Part shown: positions 56,710-64,000 of the stretch, in pieces
Numbering within the stretch: the stretch's first letter is position 1
Layout of the letters: every line of letters begins with the position of its first letter
Origin: Bugula neritina
Taxonomy: Eukaryota > Animalia > Bryozoa
DNA: 64,000 bases
Direction: 5' to 3'
Assembly (NCBI GenBank): GCA_964035545.1
Contig: OZ037767.1
Coordinates: 12,162,581-12,226,580, forward strand
Notes under the pieces: generated by a model
What the model was told of the DNA's origin: nothing
Databases searched by the model: none
What the model saw: the letters and a program-made list of their open reading frames with translations, nothing else
Translations under genes and position numbers: made by a program

Positions 56710-59700
56710 CTAATAATATACGGAGCGTTGTTTATAGGCTACGCTAGCTGTTTTAGAAGTAGCAGCAGTTCTTAATTTATTAGCAGTAGATTTACTGATA
56801 CTATTAGATTTTGATGAAGAACTACTTTTCTTACTATCGTCAGATTCTATGGGTTTAAATCCAGCGATTTCATGGCGTATTCGTTTTATTTCTGCCAAGT
56901 AATGTTCATGCTCATCATTACTCACAGTAGAGAGCTCTGACTGGGGAACCGTTGTGAACAGAGCTTTGTCCATCACTGAAACACACAGTGCATACTAAAT
57001 TATCACACATATCACAGCTGTATAGATACTCTACATTGTTGTGCGAGTTCAACAAATAAAGGTAAAAAACTAAAGCTTTAAACCTCAATCAACATATAAT
57101 TATGTTATTGTAGTACATAATAGAATTGTTCATCAAAAGTTATAGCTGTCGGTGGTAAGTAGTGAAGTCATCTATTTATTTATCTCAGAGAATGGGGCAC
57201 TGACTTCAGCCCATGTTATCATTTTAGGGTATATTAGTTGGACAGATCACTAGCACAAGAGAAATGAGGTTGTCAGAGATTGTATAATGTCAAGCCTAAG
57301 CTAGTGAGTTTAATTAAAGGGAACATGATTTGGTGGAAAACAAAAGTTAAAGTTGTTGTTGAAATTGATTGTGGGATATGCCAGAGAGATGTATCAACAC
57401 TATTGCCTTCTGCGCAGCCTGCTGAAAAATGGAGAATATAAAAAGAAGTTTAAGAGAGGTGCAGCAATTAGTCACCTCTTCTCCAAGGGCAATAAGAAAA
57501 CTACAGGCCACCACGAGATGAAGATTTTCCTGGAGAAACCTGACCAGGAGTTTTAGTATTGAAAAACTTGGTAGGATCATTTTAAATGGATTGGAGCAGG
57601 GGGAAGCCATGTCATCGCTACAGAGGTGGGCATAAATACCAAGTAATCGGAAAAGCAACCCTAATCATAGTTAAAGTTTGTGAAAAAAGTTATTACTAAA
57701 AATAAAAAAGCTAACATAACATGGCTCAACTTCTACACCCATTTTTAAATGTAAAGGCAAAACATATGTTAATCAAAATTAAAATTAAATATTGGAAATT
57801 CAAATATCCAATACGTTATGTTCAAAATTATAGATATATAACCCTTTATTTCAAGGCTATCTATGAACTCTATAGTTTTGATTTATCATTTTGACTCTGG
57901 AGCGGTTGCTGTGAGTGCTAGGCAAAAACAGTTGTACTTATAACAAAGATAAGCCACCCAATGAGAAGGCAAATCTAACTTAGGTGCCCTAGTCTCAATC
58001 ATACAGTTGGCATAATCTGTTACATCATGGTTCGGAGAACGTGTGCGACTCCAAAATATATCTAATTATGTAAAATCAATTTCTCTGGGTTCAGCTATGT
58101 ATGCACATTATGTGAAATACAACATTGCAAACTTATAATGACACAGCCATATAAAGCCTTCTTATGTAGTCAATACCAACCTTTGCAGTTCTTTTCAACT
58201 TGTTTCAAAGTTTTAAGTATATTAGCTAAAGTAGAGTTGGCAGGCATATCATCACACCGCAGGTCTTCGGTTGGGGAGGGAGAATTACTAGCATCTGTGC
58301 ATTTCTCACTAAATGATACAAAGTAATTTCATTTGCTACATAACACAGTAACCTATGTAGGTCTTTTAGTACTTCATATATACAATGCTTGCGTGTAAAA
58401 TTAAATTAGTTAAAAATGAGTTTTCAGCATGTTACTACATCAACGTATTACAAAAAGCATAATAAAGTAACAACAGAGAATTTCACTATACACCTCGCAT
58501 AACAGTTGTCTTATATATTTAAACATGTTGATGCAAAAAATAAGTTTACTGAGAAATAAGAATGCAAGGGATATTATTTAACCTTAAGCTTTATTTATTT
58601 ACTGCAGAAAGTGAGTGGGTGTGTGTGGGACAGATGGCCTGAATGAAAGTGAGTAAGTGAGTGACTGAGTGAGTAAGGGTGAGTGAGAGAGAGTAAATAA
58701 GTAAGTGAGTGAGTGAGTTGGTAGTGCATACTAGTGGTGTGAAGTTGCATGCAGTATAACTAGAAGGAATTGTTAGAGTCTCAACATACCGAAGTCTGCT
58801 GACGGCGCTGCCTGTGTACATCTGTAACTTGGCAGAGAGTCTTTGTATTGATGTGAGAACCAGGTTATTGTAAGACTACAAGCAAACGGCCAGATGCACT
58901 GCTATAATCTAGTTTAAGAGTTATCATACATAACGTGACATGAATTTTAAAAAATTCTGTTAAAACTGAAACAACTTTATGAACAAGATTTACTTAAATA
59001 GCAATATCCTGGATTCACTATTCGGTAGTTAGTTGCAGGTTGGCAGTAATTTTTAATAGCTTGTGCTCCAAAGAAACTTTTACATAAGTATGGTATTCAT
59101 AAAGAAAATCAATGAAGGAGGCATGGCTATTGTAACATTTCTGTCACTGCTGTTGAGTAAATTTGGTTATGACTGACATATTGTGTGTTTCAAATAGACA
59201 GCAAGCTGAACTCAATGTGAACATGATACACACTCACATGGTCAACCGTGCTGGGGGAGCCATTTTCCAGATTCTGGGATGAAGAGAGCTTTTTCCTGAC
59301 TGGACTGAGAGCCGGCGACGCTGCCATGTCTGACGGAGTGACTGAGGCAGCAGAGCGATAACTACTGAATGCTGATCTCTGCTGCTGACAAGCAAACATG
59401 CTGTCAATCAGCTCCTACAAGTAAGCATGCTGACTACATGTTCCCTCACAGCAAGTCAACACTGTCTCACAAAAGTTGGTTCACAAGGATTATGTTGAAT
59501 GTAGGTTATTATAAACTTGTACTGAAAGATGAACTCTCATCCCCAGATGACTTGAGAACGGCAGTTTAACAGAAAGGTTGAGGGATGAAAGACCCCCTCC
59601 ATACACTAAGTTAGCTGTGAACTAAGGCTTTACCTCTGTCTCAGGAGATGGCTCCACACCTTCCTTAGTGCCGTTCAGCTGCTCAGCATCTGCTTTACTC

Positions 59701-62700
59701 AGAATATCCAAACCTTTAGCCAAGTTGTGAGACAACTGAGCGATTTCCAGTTCATGGGAGTTGTCCTCTAAATCTTTTCCCTGCGTAACATTACCATGTA
59801 ACTTACACATAGATAACTTACACATAGCTAACTTACACACAGATAACTAACTTAAACACAGCTAATTTACACACATAACTTACACTCAGCTAACTTACAC
59901 ACATATAACTTACACACAGCTAACTTACACACAGCTAACTTACACACATATAACTTACACACAGATAACTTACACACAGCTAACTTACACATAGATAACT
60001 TACACATAAATAACTCACACTAGTAAAACCAAGTATTGTATTTTGAGGAAGAAATAAATCAAAACATCATGCAGAAAGCTGGCAAATCATGAATGCAGGG
60101 AAGCAGAATAAACAGATACAGCCAATGAAATGAATACAACACATACCCAACAACCAATGGGATGCAGTGAATTACTACCTTTTCAAGATCTAGCTTCAAG
60201 GAATTAGATTCCATGTGTTGAAGCACATCGGCTGAATGCCTAGTTTCTAAAGTTTGATTGTGTGACAAGGTAGGGGCTTGGGATACAATACCAACATCCA
60301 CCCCACCACATGAATTAGCCCGAGATCTATAGGATGATGACGAAGTGGGCTCATCAGCTGTACTTGGAGTACCACCCCTTGAATCTGACTTCCTAGCTTT
60401 TGCCTGCAATTATGTGGAGCAACCTGTGTTAAAATATTAATCTTTGGGAATCCTGATCTGGGCGTAACTGACTGTAATATCCTCATGCAGAGAACACCCA
60501 TGCAAACAATGGACACAAATCGTTTTATATAATACATTGATTCAGCCTATATATAACTGAGCTTGAGCTAAAACTATTTCGAGAATCTGGGTATGATTGC
60601 ATAATACAACTTGAGTAATGAACGGAGACATTAAGTGATTAAGAGGTAGTAGCAAGCTATTACACTACATCCGGTCTACACAAGGGTTCATGCTGACAAT
60701 CATACACCACAGAACATGCACCAGCAGTGCCAGCCGGCAGCACTCTTGGCAGTAAGCAGCAGCGCATGTCTAGTAACCTTTAATTTGGTCAAGTTCACAT
60801 CAAATGCTGGCTGTGATTGGCTTTTTGATTTAGGTTGAGAGTGACGAGCTGAGCATTGTGGGTAACTGCTAACTGCTTTGCGTTTACCACTGACACCATT
60901 CAATGCACATTTACTCTTCTAAAATTAATTCATTACATAATGTAGAGATGGCAGTCAGATAAAGTAGAATATCAGAATACAGGGTGCCTTTCTTATCCTT
61001 CATCAGTGAAACATAAATCTATGAAAATGTCAGATTGGCTTCTAAAAACTGGCAATAACCTGATGCCAAACACTTCCCATGTTTGAAAATGTAAATTTAG
61101 CCCAAATCTTTACCAAACAGTAAAGAAGGGTGCATGTTTAGTTACCTCCTGCACTGCTTTTCGGGGGTCATAAGATCTCCTTCTATCCCAAGCTGCTTTT
61201 TCTCTCTCTTTGCCAGCTTCTCTTTCTCGCTCAGCTTTTGAAATCATAGAATTGGTACTTGGTCTAGACGGCTTTTTACTCTCTGTAGTAGACTTTGTGC
61301 CAGATGATTGGCCGAGGGTTGTGGACTTCCCATTAGAGGTTTTACTGGTGGAACTCATCACCCTCATGCTGTACCGCCCACCATCTGACCTACATACACA
61401 CACCATATTGTACCGCCCACCATATGACCTACATACACACCATATTGTACCGCCCACCATCTGACCTGCATACACAAACCATATTGTACCGCCCACCACC
61501 TGACCTACATAAACACACCAAATTGTACCGCTCACCATCTGACCTACATACACACACAATATTGTACCGCCCATCATCTGACCTACTTACATACACCATA
61601 TTGCATTTTATATTGATCAACACAAACTTTGCATTAAAGTTAGATATACAAAAATAATTGTAAATATCAAGTAGAATATGACTTCACTAGTAAAAACTGT
61701 ATAATCAACAGGAGACCTTCACATAAGCTGATGTGTGTTGATTATCTCCATATATATGTATGCATATGTATGCTAACTCACTTACTAGCTTACTTACACA
61801 ATACTCTATAGTCTATACAGAGAAGATGTGAGCTAAAATAGTCGAGTTTAGAGTTATTCTCTCAATAATTAAAAGTTATCCGCTTTGCCTAAATTGTTAT
61901 ACCCAGTATACAGCAATTTAAATTTCTATGATAAATTTAGTCCACACTCTAAAGGTGTACATAGACATGAAGGTTGTTCTATTATTAATAAACCACAACT
62001 GTTGTTATTTCAGTATACAAGAGGGCCTTCCCTAATACCAGGTAAAATGATACTCTAAATAGTGTTTTCACAAACAAAAGCATGATAAGCAAAGGTGCAG
62101 GTTTAAGTTACTTAGACATCTGAAACATCAAAAGTTGTCCTAAATACTGGTCCAAGACTTTAGATAATTACAATTTTTTTATTTTCAATCCAACTTTTAG
62201 TAATAACCACTAAGAAAAATCAAAAAAGATTTTTATCAAAAGCATTACAGTTACCCTTCTTTATGAGCCCGCATAGACACATTCACACACACATATAGGA
62301 CACATGCTGATATCAGTACAGGCTAGCAAACTATAATAACAAACTAGAACCAGCAGCTTCGATTTAAAGAAGGCAATAAAATCAATTTTTCAAAATATTC
62401 TGGCAGACATACGCTATTCTCATTCATTCTAATGATGGCATAACATTTTACCAATTATTAGTATTAAATAATAATTCAACTGAGAATGTGAAGATGCTTG
62501 GAGTACATTTGTAGTCAATATAGCAACACAGTCTATTATCTATATCACATATGTTACAAACACAGCCATTGCATCATGCAGTTAGAGTTGTCCTATCAAT
62601 CTCCCACACAAGTGACGGAGAGTTGAATATTACAAGAAACAGAATATTTAATATGAAACACTTAACTGCAGACCAATTTAGTGTGCATAGTTTGCACAAA

Positions 62701-63821
62701 ATTAAAACTCAAAAGAAAAAGCAGATGAAACTAAAGCTGTGAAAAATAAAGATGTGGAGATTGAAAGTCCAGCTAACAACTGGGCATGTAGTAAGTCCGT
62801 AGGCCGATATGTATGTACACTGCTGCTACTGAGTGCATGCAGGTAAGAAACTGCTGCTACACCTTGAACTACTGCTAACTCTACTCTAATTTATTCAAAC
62901 TCCAATAATTGCAGGTCATATTCATGGAACTTGTTTACAAGAAATACTGGGAGTATTAGACACTTGTTGAGATATTAATGCATGCATCAGCAAACCAGCC
63001 AGCCAGCATGCCCTGTATTATACACCATGTGTGTAGTATAGTGCATCATGTATGTAGTATATTACACCATGTGTGTAGTATATTATACCATGTATGTAGT
63101 ATTATACACCATGTGTGTAGTATATTACACCATGTATGTAGTATATTACACCATGTGTGTAGTATATTACACCATGTATGTAGTATATTACACCATGTGT
63201 GTAGTATATTACACCATGTGTGTAGTATATTACACCATGTGTGTAGTATATTACACCATGTATGTAGTATATTACACCATGTGTGTAGTATATTACACCA
63301 TGTATGTAGTATATTACACTACGTGTGTAGTATATTACACCACGTGTGTAGTATATTACATCATGTATGTAGTATATTACATCATGTATGTAGTATATTA
63401 CACCATGTGTGTAGTATATTACACCATGTGTGTAGTATATTACACCATGTGTATAGTATATTACATCATGTGTGTAGTATATTACACCATGTGTATAGTA
63501 TATTACATCATGTGTGTAGTATATTACACCATGTGTGTAGTATATTACACCATGTATGTAGAATATTACACCATGTATGTAGTATATTACACCATGTGTG
63601 TAGAATATTACAGAATAGTACACCATGTAGTATGTAGTATAAGGAATAAATTCGCACCCACATCTACCACTCTACTCACTGGGTAAAAGGAAAGTAGAGT
63701 AACAAATAGGAATTGGTTAACATATTTCAGTGTCTAACAGATGAGTTATGGGTAGCACCAACAAACTAGCAGAAAATGGCCGACTTACGAGAGTTCAGAA
63801 CAAGAAGCTTGTTTAGTGAGC
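56710..63821 (-). CDS. CEP170: CEP170-family centrosomal protein, 3' portion (continues beyond window)
   Basis: Phase-consistent exons: 63821-63789, 61368-61146 (AWDRRRSYDPRKAV), 60918-60778, 60403-60179, 59780-59634 (LEIAQLSHNLAKGLDILSK), 59384-59238, 58875-58790 (NNLVLTSIQRLSAKLQ..AVSRLR), 58308-58181 (LANILKTLKQVEKNCK), 56975-56710 (stop). Three of these segments resemble the helices of the CEP170 C-terminal domain as I recall them (EIAR.SQ.L; DNLLLSSV; ISSIL.EL.RVEKQLQ). Confidence 0.7.
57345..57610 (+). mobile_element. highly degenerate non-LTR RT fragment (R4-like) in a CEP170 intron
   Basis: Y..KRGAAISHLFSKG..KTTG...IF....QEF/SIEKLGRIIL resembles the '(K)INHLLFMDDLKLY...IFS.DI.MEFGIEKC' region, but the DD residues are lost. 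Confidence 0.4.
59797..60020. repeat. ~15-17-bp TAACTTACACACAG minisatellite next to an acceptor
   Basis: Visible tandem array. Confidence 0.9.
61371..61602. repeat. 39-bp minisatellite, ~6 copies, abutting an acceptor
   Basis: GTACCGCCCACCATCTGACCTACATACACACACCATATT repeated. Confidence 0.92.
63016..63640. repeat. 21-bp minisatellite, ~29 copies
   Basis: TAGTATATTACACCATGTGTG repeated; explains the HHVCSIL ORF. Confidence 0.95.
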
Positions 63822-64000
63822 CTGTAAGATAAGTAACTTGTGTGTACCAGACACGGTATGTCACATAGCTGTGAGCACCAATATAACATGTAGCATGGGC
63901 TGCTGTATACACTTGATACACTAAGTGGTCTCCAATATATTAAATGGGTTTTTGAAACAAATCTGTGAGATTTATAGCAGTTCAACTGTAAAAGAATATG

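Noticed and set aside
62978-63686. His/Cys-rich HHVCSIL repeat ORF resembling a metal-binding protein
   Set aside because: 21-bp minisatellite open in several frames on both strands, lying in an intron of the CEP170-like gene, with no other coding evidence.

Overview
AT-rich, intron-rich animal (invertebrate-type) genomic DNA; no prokaryotic features. I assembled spliced gene models by hand from GT-AG junctions and reading-frame phase. (1) A minus-strand single-PDZ-domain protein, 5721-15743. (2) FAM98, minus strand, 19359-35886. Its 11-kb first intron holds a degenerate, multi-exon DDE transposase with CACTA/Mirage/Chapaev-Transib-RAG1-type motifs (~26650-33790). (3) GSTZ1/maleylacetoacetate isomerase, plus strand, 36492-53433, head-to-head with FAM98. 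Its 9.8-kb intron 4 holds a complete antisense ankyrin-repeat gene with an apparent array of four alternative, ATG-initiated basic N-terminal exons. (4) The 3' part of a CEP170-family gene, minus strand, 56710 to beyond the window edge. Between and within these genes are several MITE families, R4-like LINE and SINE remnants, and many micro- and minisatellites, many of which start at splice junctions. Most long ORFs in the supplied track are repeat artefacts. All family assignments rest on recalled motifs; no database search was run.
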